From Hypanus sabinus (taxonomy: Eukaryota), in contig NC_082731.1 in assembly GCF_030144855.1 (NCBI RefSeq), forward strand, positions 11,718,001 to 11,782,000: a stretch of DNA of 64,000 nt, read 5' to 3'. The notes beneath the pieces are model-generated. The model searched no databases. It saw nothing but the letters and a program-made list of their open reading frames with translations, and was not told where the DNA came from. A program made the position numbers and the translations under genes. Positions 25,990 through 36,497 of the stretch are shown one piece after another (position 1 is the stretch's first letter; every line of letters starts with the position of its first letter).

Positions 25990-26830
25990 GATAAGACAAA
26001 ACTTGGTGGTGTTTTCAAACGCGATGATGGGTGTTAAAAGCTGTGGCAATACAGATCAAATACAATGTTAGAGTTTGCGAATGCAGATTGAGAAACGCGT
26101 TTCGATGCAGTTTGAGAACTGAAGAAGGGGTACGCCATGAATAGAAAATATTTCATTATTAAGGAAGGTTTATGAACAGAGAGATATTGGGGTTTAAGTC
26201 CATGGTTCCCTGAAAGTAGCAGCACCGGTAGATGGTGTGTTTTCAAAGGAACACGGCATACTTGCTTTCACAGGTCAAGATTAGCATATGAAATTAGGGA
26301 CGCTCTGTTTTAAATTTACCAAATACTGGTGCACTAGATTTTTAAATATCTGGTCGCCTCGTTGCAAGGCATTGCGCTGTAAAGAGTGCATAAGAGATAC
26401 AACAGTATGTTAACTGGAGAACGTCAGTTAAGGGGAGCAATTAGAATCGCTGGGCTTGTTTTTTCTGGAGTGAAGGAAACTGAGTAGTGACCCTACAAGA
26501 CCCTGCAAAATTATCAGCAACATGGGTAGGATAAGTAGACAACAGCATTCGTGTGTCTAGACTATGAAATCCAAAGATGGCATATGCTTAAATTAAGTGG
26601 AAAGAGCTTTATAGGGTACCACAAGGAAAGCTAGTACAAACGAGACTGTTGATATTTTAATCACGCTGGAAGTGGACACGCTCACTGCATTTGACAAACA
26701 TTTAGACGATCACTGAAATAGTAAAGACATACAAAGATTTTTTTTCTGTTGCTGAAAATTGGATTGAGTTAGATATGAAACATCTTTGAACATTGGGTTC
26801 GGAGGGCCAACTGTATTTCTGTGCAGTATG
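25990..26830 (+). mobile_element. Decayed CR1 LINE 3' fragment
   Basis: Degenerate CR1 RT C-terminal and 3' UTR sequence in the C2-C3 intron. Confidence 0.6.
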
Positions 26831-27418
26831 ATTTTATGACTTCAACTTCTCAGAAGAGTAGTAGAAGGATACAATTATTAGAACGCCTGCTGCAAGTCTC
26901 CAGAAACCTGGTTTCGGTCTTGACCTGCACTACTGGAGTTTATATGGTTGCCGTGTGGCTGTGCGCATTTTGTTTTAGGTTCTCCGATTTCCATATCGAA
27001 CACCATGCCGGTGCTAGCCACGTCGACTTACCATAACTTACTCTTCAGTAGAGTAGAATCTGAGAGGAATTGTTGAAGCTACGAAACAATAAAATAGATT
27101 GAAGTGGAAATGTTTGAATGAGTGTTGAAGCGGGTTCGGATTCAGTCGACCGAAGGGTCTGTTCCAATGCTGTTAACATAAGCTTTCAACATTTCATTCG
27201 ACGAACTCTTGGGTGGAACGCTATCGGTGCACCATTTGTCAGAAAGCCTGTCTTCCCCTGAATAAGATTATACATTATGATTCTAGCAGAGGGCAACTCG
27301 TTCACCATCATGCCTGTTTTCCCTGAATACTGCGGCCTGGCAGTTTCTGCTCCTCTTTCTGCATCTAAAAACAGATTATCGTTTTTACCAACATTGTGAT
27401 TGTTGGTATTGTACCCAC

Positions 27419-27721
27419 CTTTTGAGTTTCGTGTCCGTTTTGATAACGGAGCAGCTGATTGATTGTCCTGCACCGAGCAGGAGTATTCTACCCCGCTGTC
27501 CCACTCGGCCACGCTGCTGGTCAAACGGCTGACTGTCACGTACTGGCTCCCGATCTTTGCTGCTTGTTCTGTTTCAACACCATCGGCCCGTTCCGTTTCA
27601 CCTACTGTCCAAGAGATGGAAACCTCAGCTGGAGTTGTGGCGATCACTTCACACACCAGTGTGGCAGTTTTGTTTTTCCACATTTCTTCAACGGTAGGAT
27701 CTCTGAGAAACAATGCGAATT
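27419..27721 (-). CDS. IgNAR: IgNAR C2 exon
   Basis: cttctag acceptor and GTGGGT donor, 303 nt. Encodes (E)FALFLRDPTVEEMWKNKTATLVCEV...EWDSGVEYSC...KRTRNSK. Confidence 0.95.
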
Positions 27722-28755
27722 CTAGAAGATATAATTGAGAGGACTCATGACGAATCTGAAGTTTAGCAAGGATTTCAATATAGTAATAATCTGCTACACG
27801 TTTAGAGCTTAAGGAGTAATTTGTTCAATTTAAATCATGCTTAAATCGTCATTTCGTGCACACTTGGATCAGATCATGACCGCAGGCTACTCTTCTACAC
27901 TGAAAGAAAGGAAAATGGTTGAAAATGAATAACATATCTTCATTCATAGATTAATGTGGCGAAGGATAGAGAGAGAAATGCAGCCGGCCATCCCCGGAAA
28001 GGACGACAGTGATAAAACACCGGCGTGGGGAAGGGGCAGTGGCTTGTAGCAGAGCAGTCAATGGGATGCAGCGAGACAGAGAGATTGACTGAGGGAGGAC
28101 AGATCACAGGAAGATAGAAGGTGGAAGTGAATGTTAGGTGGAAAGAAATGCTAAATAAATATTCAGTGTTCAATCTATTTATGCAAGAATGATGGACCAA
28201 TTTAGCACAAGGTTTAACTGTTTGATAAGTAAAGTGGTTGCCTCGACTAATTTCTTCCTTTCATTTACCTCTTTTGCAACATTTTCATTATTGCATGCTG
28301 ATCCCAGCCACAGATATAACATAGCAGTAAAAATTAACGTGCTGTTAAAATTGAAAGTTAAAGGGGATCACGGAGGATTTTATATTACTGCCCCTTTCCT
28401 ATGCTTATTTTTTTAGGATGTCCGGATTCCTTAGAATCATCTCAGAGATACAAATTCTATTCGATCCATTAACATGATCAGAAATCAATATTCACTGATG
28501 CGCCATGACGTCTGCTGACTACACTTCGCAGGACTTTCTTGTAATTCTTATCTCTGATATTTAATGTTTGCTGCCTAAACATTCCGAATCACACTCTTAT
28601 CTTTCCCTTATCCAAATTTGATACTGACACGCATCTCAATCTTTAGAAATCTGTCTATTTTTAAATCTTGTCCGTAGATCATTACAGCCCAGGAAATGAA
28701 ATACTGAGGAGGGAAGTGAAAATACTGCACCTATGAATTGGGAACTCATTCTTAC

Positions 28756-29076
28756 CTGACTCAGCTCGTATTTCTTTGCGAATGTTGCTGCTAGTTGCAG
28801 AGTGGGATACACTACACGAGTGCACAGCACCACTGGCCCATTCGTTTACAGGCACTTTGAGCACACTTGCTGAGGTAAACGTTTCGTCTGAACTTCCAGT
28901 GGAAGAAGTGGTGGTAAACCCGGACTGTACGGCTTGTCCGTTTTTCTGCCAGGTCACTGCAATGTTTCCAGGTAGGTATTCGCTCATGAGACAAATCAAT
29001 TCAACAAAGCCCTGTGCTTTTTGTTCGGCAGTTGCAGAATAAGCAAGATTGATGTTTGGCGGGGTCGGTTGTTTTG
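28756..29076 (-). CDS. IgNAR: IgNAR C1 exon
   Basis: ttttag acceptor and GTAAG donor, 321 nt. Encodes (A)KQPTPPNINLAYSATAEQKAQGFVELICLMSEYLPGNIAVTWQK...CSVSHSATSSNIRKEIRAES, matching IgNAR C1. Confidence 0.96.
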
Positions 29077-29409
29077 CTAAAATTAACAAAAACGAAAGTC
29101 TTTGAAATGATTGGATCAATTTTACGTTGTTCTTCCGACAATCTGTAAGGCATAAGACAACTACAATATTCCTTGCGTCATAGGAATCTCTACACGTCAA
29201 GAACTAATTAGCATTTCTAAGACCTTTTGGCTGAAGGGATGACTGAAGCTGAAATATTTCCTTCAGCGTAGTGGTATCACAGCTTACGGTTATTTTATTT
29301 TTATATACCTTGAATGGTACTTCGAAATTTCGGCTGATTATTCTTTGTCGTATCAAAGCTGTCGTTGGCCATACGAATTGACTAGAGGAAAGAGATTTAA
29401 AATCTGGCT

Positions 29410-30065
29410 GTCAGAATAAAATTTCTCACTCCATGTCAGCAAGACCAAGGAGCTGATTATTGACTACAGGAGGAGAAAACCGCGGGTCCATCAGCCGGTC
29501 ATCATTGGGGTCAAAGGTGGAGAAAGTTAGCAACTTCATATTCCTCTGCGTTATCATTTCAGAGGATGTATCCAGAGTCCAGCTGGTAAGGGCCATTAGA
29601 AAGAAAGCACGGCAGCGCAACTACTCTCTTAAAAGTTTGAAAATATCCGGTATGTCATTTAAAACGCGACAAACCTACGTAGATGTGCCGTGGAGGGCAT
29701 ACGGACTGGTTGCATTACGGCCTGATATGGAAATATCAATGCCCTTGAACGGGCATTCTGCAAAAAATGGTCGTGAATACTGCACAGTTCATGACGAATG
29801 CAACCTTCCCCACCATTAAGCCCATCTGTACTCCGCGCTGTCGCAGGAATGCAGCATTTATCTTCAATGACCCTGGGGTTCCAGGCCACGCTCTCTTCTC
29901 GCTGCCGCCATCAGGAAGGAGGTACAGAAGCCTAGGTACCCAAACTAATTGGTTCGGAATCAAATATTACCCCTTCAACATCAGGTTCTTGAACCAGAAG
30001 GAATACGTTCACTCAACTTCATTTCCCCAGACTTTGAACTGTTCCCATAACCTCTGGGCTCAGTT

Positions 30066-30109
<44 letters not shown>

Positions 30110-30360
30110 TCTCATGTTGACGATATTTATTGTTTATTCATTTTACTTGATATTTTTCTGTTTGATTTGCACAGTTTTATCTTTTGCCATTTGGTTGTCC
30201 GTCTAAATGTGTGCTGGTTTCGTTGATTCTATTGTGTTTCGTGGTGTTTGCTGTGAATGCCCGCAAGAAAATTAATTTCAGGGTTGTGTATGATGACGTA
30301 TATGTACTTTGAAATTTGATGATGATGATGATATGTAGGCTTGTTAAATGATAATCATAC
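29410..30360 (+). mobile_element. Rex1/Babar-like LINE 3' fragment containing a (TA)n run at ~30069-30106
   Basis: VEKVSNFIFLCVIISED; HALFSLPPSGRRYRSLGTQTNWF...PFNIRFLN. Confidence 0.75.
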
Positions 30361-30559
30361 ATGAAACGTCAGCAGTCTGTCCATATTACAGAATATAGTA
30401 TTTTATAGTTCGCACAATTTTAGACTAGGTTTACCTGAACGGGACAAATCTTATCTTTCAACTTCAGCACGTTTCCATTTTTTTCAAACTGCAAGTTGCT
30501 GTTGATGATTGCTGAGGTGCACTGAATGTGGGAATCAACAATGGCAAGTTGACAGTGTA

Positions 30560-33182
30560 TCTACTCAGATAGAACAGGCAATAGGTAACATGAGTTTATG
30601 ACATGAGTTAAACATGAGTTTAAACTGAGTTGGCAAGGGGAAGGAAACCAGGGTGTTAGGGTCGAGGAAGAGGAAAATAGAAATAAGTCAAGGAAGTCCT
30701 GCTGTTAGGGAGGATTTAAACTAATGTGATAAGGGGATGGGAACAAGTGCAGAGAGACAGAGGGGTGTAAAATGAGATTAGAAGCAAAAAGTAGTAAAGT
30801 GAAAAGTAAAAGTGGCAGACAGGCAAATCCAGGGCAAAAAACAAAAAGGGCGACTTTTCAACATAATTGTATAAGGGCTAAGAGTGTTGTAAAAACAAGC
30901 CTGGAGGCTTTGTGTGTAAATGCGAGGAGCATTCGTAACAAGGTGGATGAATTGACTGTGCGGATAGTTATTAATGAATATGATATAGTTGGGATCACAG
31001 AGACATGGCTCCAGGGTGACCAAGGATGGCAGCTCAACATCCAGGGATATTCAATATTCAGGAGGGATAGACAGGAAAGAAAAGGAGGTAGGGTAGCGTT
31101 GCCAGTTAGAGAGCAGATTAACATAATAGAAAGGAAGGACATTAGCTGGAGGATGTGAAATCTATATGGGTAGAGCTGCATAACACTAAGGGGCAGAAAA
31201 TACTGGTGGGAGTTGTGTGCAGGCCACCTAACAGTAGTAGTGAGTTTGGAGAATGCATTAAACAAGAGCTTAGAAATGCGTGCAATAAAGGAACAGCAGT
31301 TATAATGGGTGACTTCAATCTACATATAGATTGGGTGAACCAAATTTGTAAGGGTGCTGAGGAAGAGGATTTCTTGGAATGTATGCGGGATGGTTTTCTG
31401 AACCAACATGTCGAGGAACCAACTAAAGAGCAGGCTATTCTAGACTGGGCTTTGAGCAATGAGGAAGGGTTAGTTAGCAATCCTGTCGTGCGAGGCCTGT
31501 TGTGTAAGATGGATAATATGGTAGAATTCTTCATTAAGATGGAGAGTGACATAGTTAATTCACAAACAAAGGTTCTGAACTTAAAGAAGGGTCGCTTCGA
31601 AGGTATGAGACGTAAATTAGCTAAGATAGACTGGCAAATGATACTTAAAGGGTTGACGGTGGATATGCAATGGCAAGCATTTAAAAATCGCATGGATGAA
31701 CTACCGCAATTGTTCATCCCAGTTTGGCAAAAGAATAAACCAGGGAAGGTAGTGCACCCGTGGCTGACAAGGGAAATTAGGTATAGTCCAAAGAAGAAAC
31801 ATACAAATTAGCCAGAAAAAGCGGCACACCTGGGGACTGGGAGAAATTCAGAGTCCAGCAGAGGAGGACAAAGGGATTAATTAGGAAAGGGAAAAAAGAT
31901 TATGAGAGAAAGCTTGCAGGGAACATAAAAACTGACTGTAAATCCTTTTTATAGATATGTGAAAAGAAAAAGATTGGTTACGACAAATGTAAGTCCCTTA
32001 TAGTCAGAAACAGGTGAATTGATCATGGCGAACAAGGTCATAGCAGACCAATTGAATAACTACTTTGGTTTTGTCTTCACTAAGGGGAGACATAAATAAT
32101 ATTCCGGAAATAGTAGGGGACCGAGGGTCCAGTGAGATGGAGGAACTGTGGGAAATACATGTTAGTAGGGAGGTGGTGTTAGGTAAATTGAAGGGATTAA
32201 AGGCAATTAAATCCCCAGGGCCAGATGGTCTGCATCCCAGAGTGCTTAAGGAAGTAGCCCAAGAAATAATAGATGCATTAGTGATAATTTTCAAAGCTCT
32301 TTAAATTCTGGATTCGTTCCTGAGGATGTGGCTAATGTAACCCGACATTTTAAAAAAGGAGGGAGAGAGAAACCGGGGAATTATAGACTGGTTAGCTTGA
32401 CATCGGTGGTGGGGAAAATGCTAGAGTCGGTTATCAAAGATGTGATAAAAGCACATTTGGAAAGAGGTGAAATCATCGGACAAAGTCAGCATGTATTTAA
32501 AAAGAAAATCATGTCTGAAGAATCTAATAGAATTTTTGAGGAGGGAACTAGTAGAGTGGATAGGGGAGAACCAGTGAATGTGGTATATTTGGATTTTCAA
32601 AAGGCTTTTGACAAGGTACCACACAAGAGAATAGTGTGCAAACTAAAAGCACACAGTATTGGGGGTCTGGTATTGATGTGGATAGAGAATTGGTTGGCAG
32701 ATAGGAAGCAAAGAGTAGGTATAACCGGACCTTTTCAGAATGGCAGGCGGTGACTAGTGGGGTACCGCACAGCTCAGTGCTGGGACTCCAGTTGTTTAGA
32801 ATATATATTAATGATTTAGACGAAGGAATTAAATGCAGCATCTCCAAGTTTGCGGATGACACGAAGCTGGGCGGAGGGGTTAGTTGTGAGGAGGATGCTA
32901 ACTGGATGCAGGGTGACTCGGATAGGTTAGGAGTTGGCAAATTCATGGCAGATGTAATTAAATGTGGATAAATGTGAGGTTATCCACTTTGTTAGCAAGA
33001 ACAGGAAAACAGATTATTATCTGAATGGTGGCCGAGTAGGAAAAGGGGAGGTGCAACGAGACTGGGTGTCATTGTACACCAGTCATTGAATGTGGGCATG
33101 CGGGTACAGCAGGCGGTGAAAAGGGCGAATGGTATGTTGGCATTCATAGAGGGAGGATTCGAGTACAGGAGCAGGAATGTCT
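30560..33182 (+). mobile_element. CR1 LINE ORF2 (APE-RT), 3' truncated
   Basis: LCVNARSIRNKVDEL, VGITETWL, IMGDFN, NYRLVSLTSVVGK, YLDFQKAFDKVPH and SKFADDTKL motifs, with scattered stops. Confidence 0.92.
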
Positions 33183-33839
33183 TGTTCCCCCCGGCGATAT
33201 AAAGCTACGGGAAACGGCCATTATCTCTTGGAGACGGACTTGTGTATTACAATACTGTGCTACGTGGAAACCCTCAGGCAAAGTGGGCTGGTTGAGGGAG
33301 GGATTGCCTCACCCCATCCTGATTGACATCTGAGACCCTGTGAGTAGGGATAAAAGAGGGTCTGTGGGAACAGCCCCTTCAGACGCACCAGAAGAAACGC
33401 TAACGATCCCGTAATAGTGGGTAGGCCACGTACGTTCGGTTCTATTTGCCCCGGAACCGGTGCCCTTTACCACGGAAAAACGGCTTTTAGCTAACAACGG
33501 GGAAACCAACTCCCAACGACTCGAAGGATTGACATCATAAAAGGACTGGGCAAGTTTTAAGCCCGTCTTTCTCTCAAACCAAAAGGCTGCAGCTAACAGC
33601 GGCTTTTATATTTCCATCGGACAATACATCGTCCCCTAGACAACGATAGAGCTATTTCTTATTGATTATTATTATACCCGCGCGTTTAGATTTAGTATTG
33701 ACGACGTATATTATCTGTATGTTTGCATTGATATTATTTTGTGTATTTTATCAATAAATACTGTTAAAATAGTACTATCAGACTTCAACGGACCTCTCTA
33801 TCTTTGCTGGTAAGTGACCCAGTTACGGTGTTCGTAACA
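33183..33839 (+). mobile_element. Solo LTR-like sequence (probably Gypsy) in the J-C1 intron
   Basis: TG...CA termini (ends ttcgtaaca), a GATAAAA TATA-like motif near 33348 and AATAAA at 33753. It abruptly replaces the CR1 3' end. No TSD was found. Confidence 0.6.
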
Positions 33840-34850
33840 GTGGAAGGACACTTTAGGGTTATATTTTAGTGTCAATCGTCAGAATATTCAGGGAGGGCAG
33901 AGGTAGGCAAAAAGGTCTGTGCTCAAGGCCAGAAGAGATACCGAATGAAGGTCAACATAATCAATGTATTCCTTGAAAGCAGAGCACAATAATATGGAGT
34001 CTCTAACATCTCGCTGAATGCTTTAGTCAATTTTAACATTTAATTAAAAGTTACACTCCAGATCTTAATGAATGACATTCTAGATGTGTCAGTGTCACTC
34101 AAAACACCAATTATAAAGGTTTACATTGTTAAACAGACCGTGCTATTGGTACAAAATATAAAACTGGCGTCATTGAAGCAGTATGCTAAAATATGGGTTG
34201 CAATGGAAACGTCCAACAATTCTGACAACAGAAAATATGTTTAATCCTGGTCGTCTAGGCGCTCATTAAATGTATGGATTTGTTAGAGCATGATATATGT
34301 TTCTAAATAGAAGACATTTTTCTTCTATTCCAGCTAAATGACAAGTTTTTTTTCGCAACGAGTATATGTTTTAACAGCCCCTCGAAGTATCAAGTTATTA
34401 ATCTGAACTGAAACCTATTTCATCTTCAAAGTTCTTTCCTACTTGGGTCTGCGACAATTGTGGAGTAAATCCACACTCAAATATGCAAGGATATGAGGAC
34501 CTCGCACTTATATCAATACAGCAGGTAATACTTTAAAGTAACCATCGGACGGGGTTAGGGTGTAGCAGGTCGGGGGTAATTTGTGCGCTTCGATTTGTAA
34601 GAATACACCAAGTTCAATTTTCGTCTTTTTAAACGAGCGAAAGTATTATCTAGGGAGGATAAAAACGTGTACTGAAATTCTTCTGGGGTGTCTTAGTCAA
34701 TAAACGTGTTTCTAACGAAATGCTTATACTCCAAAACTACATTATCATATTGCCCTTTTCTGTTTGCATCATTTAAACGAGAATATAATTATACTTCATT
34801 TCGGGAAAAAGTACGTGTTTCTGAAAATGTAATAAAAAAAAGTCACTTAC

Positions 34851-34897
34851 CTGGTTTCACAGTCAGCTTTGTGCCAGCTCCGTCTTGGTGACAACAA
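34851..34897 (-). CDS. IgNAR: IgNAR J segment (CCHQDGAGTKLTVKP)
   Basis: IgNAR-type DGAGTxLTV motif followed by a phase-1 GTAAGT donor at 34850. Confidence 0.95.
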
Positions 34898-34936
34898 CAC
34901 AATGATTAACTTCCTATTCAGTGCAATCCAAAAAGT
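34898..34936 (+). other. J 5' recombination signal sequence, 23-nt spacer
   Basis: CACAATG(34898-904), 23 nt, CCAAAAAGT(34928-36), abutting the J coding start. Confidence 0.85.
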
Positions 34937-35268
34937 AATCATTAAAACTGAATTGTTGACGGAGGCTTTCCACAATAATACACGAACAAAGGGCTGACCA
35001 ATATATTCCGGTTCCTTCAGTTTCACCCGCTCCTGTATTTATTCAGTGTACTGTAAGAGCATATGATAATAAAACTGGAATTTCGCTGTTTGAGTGCCAG
35101 TGACTGTAGGTAGAATTCAATCTAAAGGAGAAGCAGAATTGTTTGTAAAACTATGTTGAGTAACATCTATGAACGTAAAGGCATATTTTGTAATCCCATT
35201 TGCAAATAGATAATCTTTAAAAAAATAAAACTGTCTCGGAGGTTTTTGCTATGGCTTAGACTACTGTG

Positions 35269-35280
35269 TCACATTACTGG
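35269..35280 (-). other. IgNAR: D2 segment CCAGTAATGTGA (12-RSS / 12-RSS)
   Basis: V-side RSS is CACATCA(35281-87)-12-ACAATAACC(35300-08). J-side RSS is CACAGTA(35268-62)-12-GCAAAAACC(35249-41). Confidence 0.85.
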
Positions 35281-35658
35281 CACATCAGTTCACATGAGAA
35301 CAATAACCTCCTTGTTGGAAATAGCGTATAAATCCGTCAGATAATCCCATACGTCCATGATGTGATGGTAGGGGACATGAATGAAATGGTTGCACAAGCC
35401 TGTTTAAATCCCGTCGATAATAGCTCTCAGTCAGGTAGATAATAACAAGGCTTTGTTATTAATACGATGATCACATATGTACTTCAATTACACAAATACA
35501 TAGAGCAAGGCTGTGCTTTGTGTACCAGTCTCTGGCAGAGATAAAGAACGTTTGTCTGAAAGCAGCTTTTGTCCCGAAAGAAATATCTTGCACTAGTGTT
35601 GCATTAATAACTGCCGAGGTGATTTTTGCATGAAAGGGACTGAAGTTTCATCACTGTG

Positions 35659-35673
35659 GCACACACCTGCTGT
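35659..35673 (-). other. IgNAR: D1 segment ACAGCAGGTGTGTGC (12-RSS / 22-RSS)
   Basis: V-side RSS is CACAGTG(35674-80)-12-GCAAAAAGG(35693-701). J-side RSS is CACAGTG(35658-52)-22-GCAAAAATC(35629-21). Confidence 0.92.
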
Positions 35674-35896
35674 CACAGTGGTTGATTCAATAGCAAAAAG
35701 GTCTCTATTTACATAACTCTGGGAGAATATTGATGTTGCACCTCCAACTGTGTCCACTTGGATATCAGCGGCATTGTGACTGTTTCCAACTTACTACTTA
35801 TGTACGATCGCTCTACAGCGGAATCAACTACTGCTCAATAATTTTCTTTTCCATAAGAACGAAGCAGTTAGAGATTCTCGCGTGAAAGATTTTCAA

Positions 35897-35934
35897 ACAT
35901 TTTGAATTGGCGTGTGCTCAGCTTCGTTACTGTG
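35897..35934 (-). other. V 3' recombination signal sequence, 22-nt spacer
   Basis: CACAGTA, 22 nt, TCAAAATGT, directly after the V coding end. Confidence 0.85.
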
Positions 35935-36206
35935 GTCTTGAGCTTTGCAAAAATATGTGCCTGTGTCTTCAGCTATTAGGTTGCTGATCTTCAGGGAAAA
36001 GAACGTTGCCTGCTTGTTGACTGATTCCGCATATCGTCCTCCAATAGATATCCTATCCCAACGCGATCGTCCCGGTCTTTGGATGAACCATGATGTGCTA
36101 TACGTGCCACAGCTACCATCTCTGAAAACACAGTTAATGATCAGAGTTTCGCCTGGTCGTTTTCTTGCTTCTCGTGGTGTCTGTTCTACCCTTCCACTGA
36201 AGGCAT
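35935..36206 (-). CDS. IgNAR: IgNAR V exon (VNAR, type II-like, with CDR1 Cys)
   Basis: Acceptor ttcctctcttcag. Encodes (N)AFSGRVEQTPREARKRPGETLIINCVFRDGSCGTYSTSWFIQRPGRSRWDRISIGGRYAESVNKQATFFSLKISNLIAEDTGTYFCKAQD, with the canonical C, W and C and the VNAR-typical CDR2 deletion. An RSS follows. Confidence 0.97.
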
Positions 36207-36329
36207 CTGAAGAGAGGAAAACATATTTAATCATCGCATATCTGAAGCAGAACAGAATTTAACATAAAATTTGTGGACGCAACGGCAAGATAGTAACCAT
36301 TATTCTCCTTAAAACTGAACTACACTTAC

Positions 36330-36372
36330 TTGGCAACCAGGTTAAAAATATCAAAATACATAAAATATTCAT
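36330..36372 (-). CDS. IgNAR: IgNAR leader exon (MNILCILIFLTWLP + phase-1 A)
   Basis: ATG at 36372, hydrophobic signal peptide and GTAAGT donor at 36329. The spliced product MNILCILIFLTWLPNAFS resembles the nurse shark leader MNIFLLSVLLAWLPNVFT. Confidence 0.93.
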
Positions 36373-36463
36373 CGTTCCTTCACGACCTGAAAACCTGTTT
36401 AAACAGAGAAGGTTCTAGACACCAGCGCAGGCTGTCTGTGCAACCCTCTGGAGAAGCAAAGAC

Positions 36464-36469
36464 TTTATA
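36464..36469 (-). promoter_or_regulatory. TATA box (TATAAA)
   Basis: Plus-strand TTTATA lies between the octamer and the leader ATG at 36372. Confidence 0.75.
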
Positions 36470-36489
36470 AGCGTTGCGAGTCTGGCCTC

Positions 36490-36497
36490 ATTTGCAT
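36490..36497 (-). promoter_or_regulatory. Octamer ATGCAAAT (sense strand) of the IgNAR promoter
   Basis: The plus strand reads ATTTGCAT at 36490-36497. This is 20 nt upstream of a TATA box and 118 nt upstream of the leader ATG. Confidence 0.8.

Larger units (their letters stand above)
3454..36497 (-). other. IgNAR: Complete IgNAR gene cluster (L-V-D-D-J-C1-C2-C3-C4-C5/secretory tail-TM1-TM2)
   Basis: Ordered exons on the minus strand with matching splice phases and no stop codons. Each domain closely resembles the recalled nurse shark IgNAR counterpart, and RSSs flank V, both Ds and J. Confidence 0.96.

Noticed and set aside
35746-35778. Heptamer-like AACTGTG and CATTGTG between V and D1, a possible third D
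   Set aside because: No acceptable nonamer at 12 or 22/23 nt and no opposing heptamer to define a D.
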